Assembly: GCF_009914755.1 (NCBI RefSeq)
Contig: NC_060935.1
DNA from: the human T2T-CHM13v2.0 reference genome, Homo sapiens
Length of the DNA: 64,000 nucleotides
Strand: one strand, 5' to 3'
The translations under genes and the position numbers were made by a program. Each line of letters starts with the position of its first letter. Positions within the stretch are counted from its first letter, which is position 1. The notes under the pieces are model-generated. The model was not told the origin of the DNA. It saw only the letters and a program-made list of their open reading frames with translations, and ran no database searches. Positions 40,857 to 55,710 of the stretch are shown here, piece by piece.

Positions 40857-42639
40857 ATCAGTGTTAATTTGAAAATCCAATCTTTTTTTTTTTCAATGAG
40901 CATTGAACATTGAGTCACATACTAATTATGGTATATAATACTTGGCATGAACTTGGGTAAGTTACTTAAATTCCTAGCTTCAGTTTCTTCATCTGTAAAA
41001 TGGGTTTCATAGGATCTTTAAGAGAAATAATTGTGTATAATTTGCACCCAGGTGATCAACGGAGATGAGAAAAAATATTTGAATCTTGCTCATTATCAAG
41101 AAGTTCAAATAAAAATTATCTTCTCATTTATATACATTCAATAAGCTCAAAGTATCTACTTATCAAATTATCTGCGTACTTCACCCCTTTCCCACCAAAA
41201 TGTTGAACTTGTAGTTCATCAAAACCATACTGTAAACTGTTATGAGTTTACCTTTCTAGACGTGGTTATATTGAAATATTTTGCATGCACTGAAGTGTAA
41301 AATGAATGAAAAATGTTGGATTAAAAGAGATTCAATAAAAATCTAAAGAATATTTAAAAGCTTTATTAATGATTGTCTAACCTTGATTGGAATTTTAAAA
41401 TGTGAAGTTATGTCAAAATGTGTAGTAGGGATTTTTATTTGCACTAAATTATGTTTTTTTCTCCTTCCCTAGAAGCCATTTTATGCTACTCTTAGGACAT
41501 CATATGCTAAAGATATTATGGCTTAAAATAGATAATGGACAATGTTACACTGATGAGAATTATCTGTGTAAAGAAAGTTTTCAGTCATTCTAGGATTTCC
41601 AAACCTTGTCTTCTTAAATATGATAGAATGGTAAGTTCAATAAAAACTATCCATGTTCTGTGGGGAAAGGGGGTCAGTGAAGAGCCAGCCTTGCTGTCCT
41701 TTTCAGGAATTAGATAAAGTGTGCCTTAAGAGTGTCAAATACAGGTCTGGGCACTATGGGCACACTATTTCCACCTTTATTCTACCTTTCCTGCTGGGTC
41801 AACTTGCTACAGAACTGGGAGTCAATCCTGGAGTTCTAGTCTAAAACTCACTTCCTAAGCACACCTGGTGATTTTGTAAGCACTTAATTCTCTATTCTTT
41901 CTTGCTTAAAATAGCTAAAATCATTTCCGTTTCCTTCACTGAAGCTTAAATAATATAAATGCCAATGAGGAGGGACTTCTGTGAACTATGACAATAATCA
42001 TCTTATCCAGAGGATATTTTGGTGTCCTACTTGTTCTGAAAGCTTCCCCTATAGAACAGCCAAGAAACAAGAAATGAGTTCAAAATAGAGTGCTCATTAA
42101 CACATCTAATGATATCTACATTCATCTTGAGAAATAATGCCCCTATGTGACAATACTTCATCTTAGGAAAAAAAAAAAAAGGATATCAATCTGAGAGGGG
42201 TTTGGTATCATTGTTATTTTTTAAAAAGTGGATTTTTAAAAATTTTCTTTAAACATTTTTTACATGCCTACTTAATATGGTTAATCCATATGAATGGGTT
42301 AGGAAAAACTGAAATGTCTACTGATTAACTGAGTTACCTCAAAAACTAAACTGCAGCATTAAATTATTCTAAGATGTTACCCAAATCGAGAATATGTGTT
42401 GAATTACATAAAGTATGTAGCATTCCAGATCCTTTTCTTGAATCTCTTCTCCTAAACAAGATAACTTATTGGCTGTTTAAATGCTCTTGTGGAATGTTTC
42501 TTATCATTTCCTTTTTGCCATCAAAATATACCTTTATTTGTTACATGAGTAACATAAACATTAAAAAATAGTGTATTATTGATTTTGCCACAACACTCCC
42601 AGAACTATTAGCAACTTAAAAAAAGTTAGAAGTGACGAA

Positions 42640-45600
42640 TAAGAGCATTACATATTGATATAGGGGTCAATTCAATAAGAAGAGCTAACTATCCTAAATA
42701 TATATGCACCCAATACAGGAGCACCTATATTCAAAAAACATGTTTTTAGAGACCTAAAAAGAGACTTAGACTCTCACACAATAAAAGTGGGAGACTTTAA
42801 CGCCATACTGTCAATATTAGACAGATCATTGAGACAGAAAATTAACAAAGACCTTCAGACCTTGAACTCAACTCTGGATCAAGTGGACCTGATATATATC
42901 TACAGATCTTTCCACCCCAAAACAACATAATACACATTCTTCTTGGCACCACGTGGCACTTACTCTAAAACTGATTACACAATTGGAAGAAAATCACTCC
43001 TCAGCAAATGCAAAAAAAAAAAAAAAAAAACCCTGAAATCATAACAAACTGTCTCTCAGACCACAGCACAATCAAATTAGAACTCAAGAGTAAGAATCTC
43101 ACTCAAAACCACACAACTTCATGGAAACTGAACAACCTGCTCCTCAATGATTCCTGGGTAAATAATGAAGTTAAGGCAGAAATTAAGAAGCTCTTTGAAA
43201 CCAATGAAAACAAAGAGACAACGTGCCAGAATCTCTGGGATGCAGGTAAAGCAGTGTTAAGAGATAAATTTATAGCACTCAACGTCCATATCAAAAAGCT
43301 AGAAAAATCTTGAATCAGCACCCTACCATCACAACTAAAATAATTAGCGACCCCAAAGCAAACAAACCCCAAAGCTAGTAGAAAACGAGGAATAACCAAG
43401 ATCAGAGTGGAACTGAAGGAGATAGAAATATGAATAACCTTTCAAAAAAAATCAATGAATCCAGAAACTGTTTCTTGGAAAAAAAAATAATAAAATAGAC
43501 CACTAGCTAGTCTAATAAATAAGAAAAGAGGGAAGAATCAAATAGACCACAATAAAAAAATGATAAAGGAGATATCACCACTGACCTCACAGAAATACAA
43601 ACTACCACGAGAGAATACTACAAACACCTCTATGCACATAAACTAGAAAATCAGGAGAAATGGATAAATTTCTGGACACATACACCCTCCCAAGACTGAA
43701 ACAGGAAGAAGCTGAATCCCTGAATAGACAAATAAGTTACAAAATTGAGGCAGTAATAAATAGCCTACCAACCAAAAAAAGCCCAGGACCAGATGGATTT
43801 ACAGCTGAATTCTACCAGAAATACAAAGAAGAACTGATATCGTTTCTTCTAAAACTATTCCAAACAATTGAAAAGGAGAGACTCCTCCCTCACTCATTTT
43901 ATGAGGCCAGCATTATCCTGATACCACAACCTGACAGAGATAAAACCAAAAAATAAAATTTCAGGCCAATATCCCTGATGAACATTGATGCAAAAATTCT
44001 CAATAAAATTCTGGCAAACTGAATCCAGCAGCACATCAAAAAGCTTATCCATCATGATCAAGTTGGCTTCATTCCCAGGATGCAAGGCTGGTTCAACATA
44101 TGCAAATCAATAATTTATCACCTAAACAGATCTGAAGACAAAAACCACATGATTATCTCAATAGATGCAGAAAAAGCCTTCGATAAAATTCAACAATGCT
44201 TCATGTTAAAAACTCTCAATACACCAGGTACTGAAGGAACATACTTCAAAATAATAAGAGCCATTTATGACAAACCTACAGCCAATATCATATTGAATGG
44301 GCAAAAGCTGGAAGCATTCCCTTTGAAAACTGGCACAAGACAAGGATGCCCTCTCTCACCACTCTTATTCAACATAGTATTGGAAGTTCCAGCCAAGGCA
44401 ATCAGGCAAGAGAAAGAACTACAGGGTATTCAAATAGGAAGGGAGGAAGTCAAAATACCTCTGTTTGTAAATGACACGATCCTATATATAGAAAATCCCA
44501 TTATCGCATCCCAAAAGCTCTTAAGCTCATAAGCAACTTCAGCAAAGTCTCAGGATATAAAACCAATGTGCAAAAATCACAAGCATTCCTATACACCAAC
44601 AACAGGCAAGCAGAGAGCCAAATCATGAATGAACTCCCATTCACAATTGCTACAAAGATAATAAAATACCTAGGAATACAGTTAACAAGGGAAGTGGAGG
44701 ACCTTTTCAAGGAGAATTATAAACCACTGCTCAAGGAAACTAGAGAGGACACAAACAAATGAAAAAATATTCCATGCTCACGGACAGGAAGAATCAATAT
44801 TGTGACAATCACCACACTGCCCAAAGTAATTTATAGATTCAATGCCATTCTCATTAAACTACCACTGACATTCTTCACAGAATTAGAAAAAACTGTTTTA
44901 CAATTCATAATACAGAACTCAGATATAAGATCACATATCTACAATCATCTGATCTTCAACAAACCTGACAAAAACAAGCAATGGGGAAAGGATTCCCTAT
45001 TTAATAAATAGTGCTGGGAGAACTGGCTATCCATTTGCAGAAAATTGAAACTGGACACCTTCCTCACATGTTATACGAAAATTAACTCAAGATAGATTAA
45101 CGACTTAAATGTAAAACCCCGAACTATAAAAAACCTAGAAGAAAATCTAGGCAATACCATTCAGGACATAGGCATGAGAAAAGATTTAATGATAAAGTTG
45201 CCAAAAACAATTGTAATGAAAGCAAAAATTGACAAACGGGATCTTATTAAACTAAAGAGCTTCTGCACAGCATAAGAAACTAGCATCAGAGTGAACAGGC
45301 AACCTATAGAGTGAGAGAAGTTTTTTGCAATCTATTCATCTGACAAATGCCTAATATCCAGAATTTACAAGAAACTCAAACCAATTTACCAAGAAAGAAA
45401 CAAACAACCCCATTAAAAAGTGGATAAAGAACATGAACAGACACTTCTCAAAAGAAGATATTCATACAGCCAACAAACATATGAAAAAAAGCTCAACATC
45501 ACTGATCGTTAGAAAAATGCAAATAAAAACTACAATGAGATACCATCTCATGCCAATCAGAATGGCCATTATTAAAAAGTCAGGAAACAACAGATGCTGG

Positions 45601-46286
45601 TGAGGTTGTGAAGAAATAGGAACAGTTTTACACTGTTGGTGGGAATGAAAATTAGTTCAACAATTTTGGAAGATGTGTGGTGATTCCTCAAGGATGTAGA
45701 ACCAGAAATACCATTTGACCCAGCAATCCCATTACAGGGTGTATACCCAAAGGAATATAAATCATTCTATTACCAAGATACATGCACAGCTATATTCATT
45801 GCAATACTATTCACAATAGCAAGGACAGGGAATCAACCCAAATGCTCATCAATGATAGACTGGATAAAGAAAATGAGGTGCATATACAACGTATACAACA
45901 TGGAATACCATGAGGCCACCAAAAGGAATGAGATCATATCCTTCGCAGGAACATGGAGGAAGCTGGAAACCATTATCCTCAGAAAACTAATGCAGGAACA
46001 GTAAACCAAAACCCGCATTTCTTACTTGTAAGTGGGAGCTGATCAATGAGATTACATGGACACAGGGGAGGAACAACACACACTGGGGCCTGTCAGGGGG
46101 TTGGGTGGGAGGAAGGGGAGCATTAGGAAAAATAGCTAATGCATGCAGGGCTTAATACCTAGGTGATGGGTTGATAGGTGCAGCAAGCCATATGGCACAC
46201 GTTTACCTATGTAACAAACCTGCACATCCCACACATGTACCCCAGAACTAAAAATAAAAATTAAAATTACAAAAAAGAAAAAAAAA
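42640..46286 (+). mobile_element. 5'-truncated L1PA (PA8-13-like) with poly-A tail
   Basis: ORF2 fragments 43008..43313, 43660..43956 and 44080..44532 (RT: [17 protein letters not shown]); 3' end GCTTAATACCTAGGTGATGGGTTGATAGGTGCAGC; degenerate TSD AAAAAA(A/T)GTTAG(A/T)AGT; ~160-bp internal deletion near 44909. Confidence 0.92.
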
Positions 46287-46356
46287 TGTTAGTAGTTAGC
46301 CTCAGTGAATACCAGATTGTTACAAAATTTCAAGCATCTTTAAAAATGAGCAACAG

Positions 46357-47530
46357 AGGTGAGTGATGTCAGCGAGATGACAGAATAGAGATTCCAGCCC
46401 TCATCCTCCTATGGAAACACTGATTTTGGCAGCATTCATGGATGAGAATATCTTTGTGGGAGATCCAAAAGCTAGCTGAGAAGTTCCAGCACCCCAGTAA
46501 AGTAAAAAATCCAAGAGTGGACACATTAAAGAGAGAAAGAAGGGAAGTTAAATTTTATCCATATTTTCCCTCCTCAATACTCTCTCTGCTGAGTCCTCTC
46601 AATTGTGATTTTTTTTCCCATGAAACAAGGTATAAGTGAAGTGAGCTCCTGGCTTCCCCAGTCTTCCAGGAGCCCCTTGTAGGTCTTTTCTTACCCAGAA
46701 CACTGAGAAGTTCAACATAACTGAATGGTGTGAGAGCAGCTAGGCACAGGGAGAAGAGGCAGGGAGTAACAGAAACCAGGGTGTGGAATTCAACAGCCTG
46801 CCACAGATCCTGCTGACTAACTTGCAGACTCCACCAAAAGGCCCACCTACAAACCTTGCCTGTGGACTCCCCAAACCAGTCAATGTAAACCCTCAGTGCC
46901 TCATGCACCACCCCCCAGGTGGACAGTGCACTGTGTACACCTGTGATGGCCTGCACAAGCTCCTACAGTCAGCACACAGATCTTAACAGCAGGAGTGAAT
47001 CTTGGCAGTTGTCTCAACTCTGCTGGTTTGGGAGAAGGTGCACATCTTGTATACTTCAGGGCACTTCCCTAGGGAAAATAAACAGGCAGCTGTTTGCAAC
47101 AGCCCGAGCTTTGTAGGATCAGGGGAAGGCACACAATCCTAAGACTTTCTCCTTAAGAGGAAACAAGAGGATCAGAGGAGGCACATCTATACAAAAGGCA
47201 TGAGAGACCCTTAGAATCTCTAGGCAGGCTTACTGGCAAACTCTCTTTCTCTCCTGAAGCCAGTCTGTAAAGACTGAAGGAGGTTACTTTTTAAAAAGTG
47301 AAGATAGCAATGTAAAACTTCAAGAAATATGAAGAACCAAGAAAATATAATACCAAAAAAGAGAAGAAAATAAAGCTGTAATGACTAAACCCAAAGAAAT
47401 AAAGATCTACAAATTGCCTAAAAATAATTTAAAATAATATTCTTGAAGAAGCTCAGTGAGCTACACAAATAGACAACTAAACACTATCAGGAAAACAATA
47501 CTGGAAAAAAGTGAGACATTCAGGAGAAAG
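46357..47530 (+). mobile_element. L1M 5'UTR and start of ORF1, 3'-truncated
   Basis: GAGTGATGTCAGCGAGATGACAGAATAG start; ORF1-like ...CCCAAAGAAATAAAGATCTACAAATTGCC...GAAGCTCAGTGAGCTAC. Confidence 0.7.
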
Positions 47531-47532
47531 AC

Positions 47533-50500
47533 TATGATATCATCCCTTTTTAATGGCTGTGTAATATTCCATGGTGTATACATACCACATTTTCTTTATC
47601 CAGTCCACCACTGATATGTTTAAATTGATTCCATGTTTTTGCTATTGTTAATAGTGATGCAAGGAACATACATATGCCTGTGTCTTTATGATAGAACAAT
47701 TTATCTTCCTTTGAATATACACCCATAATGGGATTTCTGGGTTGAATGGTAGTTCCATTTTAAGTTTGTTGAGAAATCACCAAACTGCTTTCTATAATGG
47801 CTGAACTAATTGGCATTCCCACCAGCAGTGTATAAGTATTCCCTTTTCTCCACAACTTCACCAGCATCTGTCATTTTTTGACTTTTTAATAGTAGCCATT
47901 CTGACTGGTGTGAGATTGTATCTCATTGTGATTTTGATTTGCATTTCTCTAATGATTAGTGATATTGAACACTTTTTTCATATGCTTGTTGGCAGCTTAT
48001 ATGTCTTCTTTTGAAAAGTGTCTGTTCATGTCCTTTGCCCACTTTTTATGGGGTTGTTTTTTTGGTTTTAAATTTGTTTAAGTTAGTTATGGCTTCTGGA
48101 TATTAGACCGTTGTCAGATGCATAGGTTGCAAATATTTTCTTCCATTCTGTGGGTTGTCTGTTTACTCTATTGATAGTGTCTTTGCTGTGAAGAAGCTCT
48201 TTAGTTTAATTAGGTCTAATTTGTCAGTTTTTTTTTTGTTGTTGTTGCAATTGCTTTTTGTGTCTTCGTCATGAAATCTTTTGCCAGGGCCAATGTTCAA
48301 AATGCTATATCCTAGGTTTCCTTTAAGGGTTCTTATAGTTTTAGGTTTAACATTTAAGTCTTTAATTCATCTTGAGTTGATTTTTGTATATGGTGTAAGT
48401 AAGTGGTCCGGTTTTAATCTTCTGCATATGGCTAGCCAGTTATCCCAGCACCATTTATTGAATAGGGTGTCTTTCCCCCATTGCTTGTTTTTATCATCTT
48501 TTTTTTTTTTTGAAGATCAGAATGTTGTAGTCATGTGGCTTTATTTTTGTGTTCTCTATTATGTTCCATTGGGCTATGTGTCTGTTTTTGTACCATGCTG
48601 TTTTTGTTACTGTAGTCTTGTGGTATAGTTTGAAGTCAGCTTTATTCTCTTTGAATTGATATGGCTATTCAGGCTCTTTTTTGGTTTCATGTGCATTTTA
48701 AAATAATATTTTTCCTAATTTTGTAAAGAATGTCATTGGTGGTTTGATAGGAATAGCATTGAATTTGTACAATGCTTTGGGTAGTATGGCCATTTTAGCA
48801 ATATTGGTTCTTCTTATCTATGAGTATGGAATGTTTTCCATTTGTTTGTGTTATCTCTGATTTTTTCTTCAGTGTTTTGTAGTTCTACTTGTATAGATCT
48901 TTCACCTCTATGGTTAGTTGTATTCATAGTTATTTCATTTTCTTGGTGGCTATTGAAAGTGGGATTGTGGTATTGGTTTATGCTTATCCTGAATGTTGTG
49001 TATAGGAATGTTACTGATACTTGTACATTGATTTTGTATACTGACTTTACTGAAGTCATTTATGACTTCTGACAAAGTGTTTAGGATTTTCTAGGTATAG
49101 AATCATATTGTCAATGAAGAGAGAGAGTTTGACTTCTTCTTTTTCTATTTGGATGCCTTTAATTTCTTTCTCTTGGCTGATTGCTCTGGCAAGGGCTTCT
49201 AGTACTATATCAAATAGGGGTGATGAGAATGGGCATCCTTGTGTTGTTCCAGTTCTCAAGAAGATGCTTCCAACTTTTGCCCATTCAGTATGATGTTAGC
49301 TGTGGATTTGTTGTAGATGGCTTTTATTATTTTGAGGTATGTTCCTTTGATGCCTTGCTTGTTGAGGGTTTTTTAATATGAAGGGATATTGAATTTTATT
49401 GAACGACTTTTCTGCATCTATTGAGATAATCATTTGGTTTTTTGTCTTTAGCTCTGTTTATGTGATGAAACACAGTTATTGATTTGGGTATGTTGAACCA
49501 ACTTATCAGCTCAGGAATACAGCCTACTTGACAGTGTTGGGTTAGGTTTTTGCTATGCTGCTGGATTCAGTTTGCTAGTATTTTGTTGAGGGTTTTCCCA
49601 TTGATGTTCATCAGAGAAAATTGCCTGAAGTTTTCTTTTCTTGTTGTCTCTGCTAGGTTTTGTTATCAGAATGATGTTGGCCTCATAGAATGAGTTAGAA
49701 AGGAATCCCTCCTCAATATTTTGGAATAGTTTCAGGAGGATTGGTACAAGCTTTTTTTAATACATCTGGTAGAATTCAGCTGTGAATCTGTTTGGTCCTG
49801 GCTTTTCCCAGTTGGTGGGCTTTTTATTACTGATTCAATTTTGGAACTCATTATTGGTCTGTTCAGAGTTTTAATTTCTTTCTGGTTCAATCTTGGAAGA
49901 TTGTATGTTTCTAGAAATTTATCCTTTTCTTTTAGATATTCTAGTTTCTGTGCATATAGATATTTGTAATACTCTGAAGGTTTTTAAAAAATATTTCCAT
50001 GGGGTCAGTAGTAATATGCCCTTTTAAATTTCTGTTTGTGTTTACTTGGGTATTGTCTCTTTTTTTTTCTTTATTGGGCTAGCTAGCAACCTGTCAATCT
50101 TATGGATTCTTTCAAAAACCAACTTTTTGATTCATTGATTTTTATGTTTTTTTCACATCTCAATATCATTCAGTTCAGTTCTAATTTTGATTATTTCTTT
50201 TCTTCTTCTAGCTTCAGGATTGTTTTTGCTCTTGTTTTCCTAGTTCCTCTTGATGTGATATCAGGTTGTTAATTTGAGACCTAACTTCCTGATGTGAGTG
50301 TTAAGCACACTCAACTTGCCTCAGTGCTGCTTTAGCTGTGTCACAGAGATATTGGTATGTTGCATGTTTGTTTTTCTTAGTTTCAAATTATTTATTTATT
50401 TCTGCCGTAATTTCATTGTTTATCCAGAAGACATTTAGGAGTAGGTTATTTAATTTCCATGTAATTGTATGGTTTTTAGAAATCTTCTGAGTCTTATATC

Positions 50501-51285
50501 CTATTTTTATTGTACTATGATCTGAAAGTGTGGTTGGTAGATTTTTTTTTAACTTGTTGAGAATTGTATTATGGCTGATCATGTGGTCAATTATAGTGTA
50601 TGTGCCATGTCCAGATGAAAAGAATGTATATTCTGTTACTGTTTGGTGGAGAGTTCTGTAGCTGTTAGATCAAATTGGTCAAGTGTGGAGTCCAAGTCCT
50701 GAATATCTTTATTAGTGTCCTGGCTCAATGATCTGTCTAGCACTATCAGTGCATATTGAAGTCTTCCACTATTATTGTGTGGTTATCTGAGTCTTTTTGT
50801 AGGTCTCTAAGAACTTGTTTTATGATTCTGGATGCTCCAGTGTCAGGTTCATCTATATTTAGGATAGTTAAATCTTCTTGTTGAATTGAACCCTTTACCA
50901 TTATGTAATGTCCTTCTTTTTTTATTGTTGTTGGTTTAAAGTCTGTTTTGTCTGAAATTAGAATAGCAACTTCTGCCCTTTTTGCTTTTTTGTTTGCTTG
51001 GTAGATTTTTCTTCAGTTCTTTATTTTGAGCCTATGGGTGTCATTGCATGTGAGATGGGTCTCTAAAAGATAGCATTCAGTTGGATCTTGCTTCTTTATC
51101 TTACTTGCCACTCTGTGCCTTTTAAGTGGGGTGTTTAGCCCATTTATGTTCAAGATTAACATTGATATGTGCAGAATTTTTCCTGTTATATTGTTCGCCA
51201 ATTGTTATACAGACTTGATTGTGTGGTTGGTTTTTAATTTCAATGTTTTATGTATTTAAGTGTGTTTTTGTGTTGGCCAGTGCTT
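47533..51285 (-). mobile_element. Older L1P element covering ORF2, missing its 3' terminus
   Basis: Minus ORFs 51013..51201 (endonuclease start ILNINGLNTPLKRHR) and 49056..49259 ([13 protein letters not shown]). Confidence 0.9.
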
Positions 51286-51309
51286 TTTTAAATTTTTAAA
51301 TTTTTTCAG

Positions 51310-54300
51310 CTTTAAACTATTAATGCATGTAACAATCTAGATGAATATTCAGATAATCGAAGTAAGTGAAAAAGTTAATATCAAAAGGTTTCATACTGTG
51401 TGATTCCATTTATATAACGTTCTTGAAATGACAGAATTATAGAAATATCAAACAGATTAGCGAGTGCCAAGTGTCAAAATGAGAGAAGTGGATGTCTGGC
51501 TATAAAAGGTCAGTTTTAAAATCCTAGTTGTTATACTGTGCTATAGTTTTGCAAGATGTTACTATGGGGGAGATCTAGGTAAAGTACACAGAATCTCTCT
51601 TATTTCTTATAAATATAAATACATAATTATACCAAAATAAAAAATGCAATAACAATACTCAGCAAAAATGAGTATATAATTTATGCAATGTATCAATTTA
51701 TATTTAAAACAATATTAATATGTTTAAAGTTTATGCTAACCTAATACAATTTATATGGTGTCATTAAAGTTTTGCACTTGATACATCTGGGTTTTTCTTA
51801 AAAACATATGTATATATAATTTTTTTTGGAAAAAGAAGAACCAAAGATAAATTGCACAGCTAAAATTTACAGTAAATAAAATTTAAAATCCCACAGATTG
51901 AGCCTAGGGGTAGATTGGAAACAACAAAGTAAAGAAACAGTAAACTCAAGCACAAAAATTTATATAATCTGAAAAGAGAAAAAATAGACTAAACAAAAAT
52001 AATCAAAGCTTAAGAGACCTGTGAACAACACTTAACATTTAATATTTTTGTCTTTAGTCACAGAAAGCAAAGAGGAGGAGTGTAAGGCTGAAGACAATAT
52101 TCAAAGAAATGGTGGATGAAAATTTCTCAAATTCAATGAAAACATAAACATACAGATTTAGGAGTTGTGCAAACCCAAACAGAATATTCTCCAAAAATTC
52201 ATGCTATGATCTATCATAGTGAATGTTTTAAAAACTATAAAGAACAACAACAAAACCCCCAAACTAATATATTCAATATAGGTAAAGAGAAATGACAAAT
52301 ATTGAGATACAATTTAAATAATTTGAAATAATCATGGCAGAAGAAAGTGGTTCAACATTTTTTAAGTGCCAAAAGGAAGGAATGACTGATCTCAAATTCT
52401 TTATTCACTGACAAAATCTTTAGGAGTAAAGAGGGGAAATAAAGACATTTCCAGATAAGGAAGCCTAAAATAATTTGATGCCAGCATACCTATACTTACA
52501 GAATGGCTAAAAAAAAAAAAATGCATACCAAAGAGAAAGGAAATAATAGCAAAAGGAGGCTTGGAACTTCAGGAAGAAAGAACAATGGAATGGGCAAAAA
52601 TAGAAATAGAATAGAATATTCTCCTGTGTTTAAAAAAATTTTTTGACAGTTGAAGAAAATGTAGTAATATCATCTCATGCGGCAATCAATGTATGTAGAG
52701 GAAATACAATTTTCTAAAGTGAAAAAGGAAAAAGGAAACTAAATCGAAGCAAATTTATTTAAAGTTGTAATATGTCAATATCAGTACACTGTATAAGTTA
52801 CATACATATTTTAATGGCTAAGGAAAATATTAAAAACTTAGGGATACATGCTTTAAATAGCCATACATAAATCAAAATTGAATTCTGAAAAATATTGAAT
52901 AATTCACAGGAAAGCAAGAAAATTGAAAACAAGAATAAGAAACACAGGAACAAGTAAAAAAAAAATGCAATGATGGAGTAAGGCCTATGACATCAATAAA
53001 TCAATAAATGACCTAAACAAATTATCAGATTAAAAGGCAGATATTATCAAAATACATTAACAATTTCTCAACTATATGCTGTTTATAAAAAACTCACTTC
53101 AAAGAAAACAATATAGATGGGTTGAAAGTAAAAGAATGGAAAATGATATAACATACAAATATAATTCTGTAAGAATTATTTATATTTTCTTAGTACACGT
53201 CCTTATCAGTTAAACATTTTGAAAATATAGTCTCTCTTTGTGGCTTGATTTTTCATTTGCTTAATTGTATCTTACAACTTAATATTATGGAGAGGAATAA
53301 CCAAATCAGAAATTAGGCCCAATATTTAAACAGACATTTCATCAATGAAGACATAACAATGGTTAATAAACATATAAAAAGATGCTGAACATAAATATTT
53401 ATTAAGAATGTAAAAAATTAAAACCAAAATGAGATTCTATAATCCTCTAAAATGACTGTAATTAAAAAGACAAACAATACCAAGTGTTGACAAGCATGTG
53501 GAAAAACTCAAACCCTCATAGAATGCTGGTGGGAATATAATACAGTAAAGCCTCTTTTGAAAATGGTTTGGCAGTTTAATAAAAAGTGTAAGATAAACTT
53601 TCCGTTTAACATAGTAGTTCCACTCACCCCACCTTCATTTAACTTACTCTCCTCAGAAGCCCAAAAGCATTCACCAGTGCCACCATCACTAATCTTTGCA
53701 TCCAAATATCTTTATTCACTTATCTTGAGCCTGAACTACTTTTTTACAAGTCGTGGTGGGATAATTAAATAGGGATATACAAAAAAACTAACTTCAATTA
53801 GTAACTCACACCATATAAAAACTTAATTCAAAATAGACCACAGACCTGAATGTAAATCTGAAAGCCATAAAACTTCCAGAGAGAAACATAAGAAAATCTT
53901 CTTGGGACTTTGGGATTAGCAAAGAGTACTTAAATATGGCACCAAGAGCACACTCTATAATAAAAAATGGAGATATCAGTATTCGTAAAAATTAAAATTT
54001 TCCTGTTTTTTGAAAAACACAAGAGGATAAAAAGAAAAGACACATACCAGAAGAAGATATCTGTAAATAATATGTAAAATCTCAAAAGTTAATAAGAAAA
54101 CAATTCAGTTAAAAAAATGAGCAAAGACTTGAATAGTTGATTTATTAGGAAAGTTATATGGATGCAGATAGCACTTGAAAAGTGTTCCATATTACTAATC
54201 ATCAGGGAAATTTAAATTAAAACCATAAAGAGATCCACTATATACCTTTTGGAATGTCTTAAATTAAAATGAATGACTATGGTCATATTCATGACTGAAT

Positions 54301-54800
54301 GAGCATGGTTGTGGAGAAACTGAAACTCTCATGCACTGCTGATAGAAATACAAAGCTGTAAAGACTTTGGAAAACAATCTGAGAAGTTTTTAAAAAGTTA
54401 AACATACAAGTACCATATGACCCAGCTATTCTACTCCTATATATTTACCCAGGAGACACGGATCCATATCACACAAAGACTTGTACGTGAATGTTCATGG
54501 TAGCTTTGTTTGCAATAGTAAAAACTGGAAACTATCCAAATGTTCATCAACAGGGCAATGGAAAAAAAAGTAGCATATTTACTTAATTAACTATTTCTGA
54601 AATGCATAAGAAACTGTTTCAATTATTTCAGTCATACATGTTTCACACTGTTCAAATTGTTCCAAAGCTATTGGATATGCTGTTCTGTTTCTCACTTTTT
54701 TCTTCTTGAATTTGAGTTTGAGAAGTTTCTGGCTACGTACTTTCAAGCTCACTGATTATTTCTTAAGCTCTTTTGAGTTCGAATAAGTACATTGAAATGA
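51310..54800 (+). mobile_element. Mosaic of old L1MC/ME fragments (3' ends, ORF1, ORF2 start)
   Basis: Degenerate A-rich L1 segments, mostly + strand, with short inverted pieces. Confidence 0.6.
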
Positions 54801-55710
54801 TTCTGTTTTTAACCACTTCATTATGGTATGATTGATATACAAAAGCTGTACATATTTAATGTATATAGTTCAATAAGTTTGGATATGAGTATACATCCCT
54901 ATAATTATTACTAAAATCAATGTCAAAAACATGTCCATCACCTCAAGCTTCTTCCACTTTATAAATTAACTAATTAATTAATTTTTGTGATATGAACACT
55001 AATCATAAGATCTACCCTGTTAGCAAAATTTTAAGTATGCAACACATCATGGTTAACTATAAGTACTATGATGTGCAGTAGATCTCCAGGATTTATTTGT
55101 CTTGTATAACTGAAACTTTGTACACTCTGAGTAACACCTCCCCATTCCACTCTCCCTACATTCCATGACAGCTACCATTCTACTGTTACTATGAGATCAA
55201 CATTGTTTTTAGATTTTACATATAAGTGAGATCATGCAGTATATGTTCTTCTGTGTCTGGCTTATTTCACTTATCATAATGTTCTCCAGGTTCATCTATG
55301 TTGTCACTAATGGTAGGGTTCTTCCCTTTTAAAAGCTGAATAATATTTTATTATATATATGTCACTTTTTTCATACAGTCAGTGATAGATGGACATTTAT
55401 TTCCATGTCTTGGCTTTTGTTAATAGCACTGCAACGAACATGGGAGTGTAAATATCTCTTTGAGATCCTGAATTCAGTCTTTTGCAAATATATCCAGAAG
55501 TGAGATTACTGGCTCATATGGTGTTCTATTTTTAATTTTTTTGAAGAACCTCCATACTGACTGCACCAATTTATATTTCCAACAACATACAAGCGTTCTC
55601 TTTTCTTCATATCCTCATCAACACTTGTTATCTTTTATCTTTTTGCGAATAGAGGTGTGAGGTGATATCTCCTTGTGGTTCTGATTTGCATATCCCTCAT
55701 GGTTAGTGAT

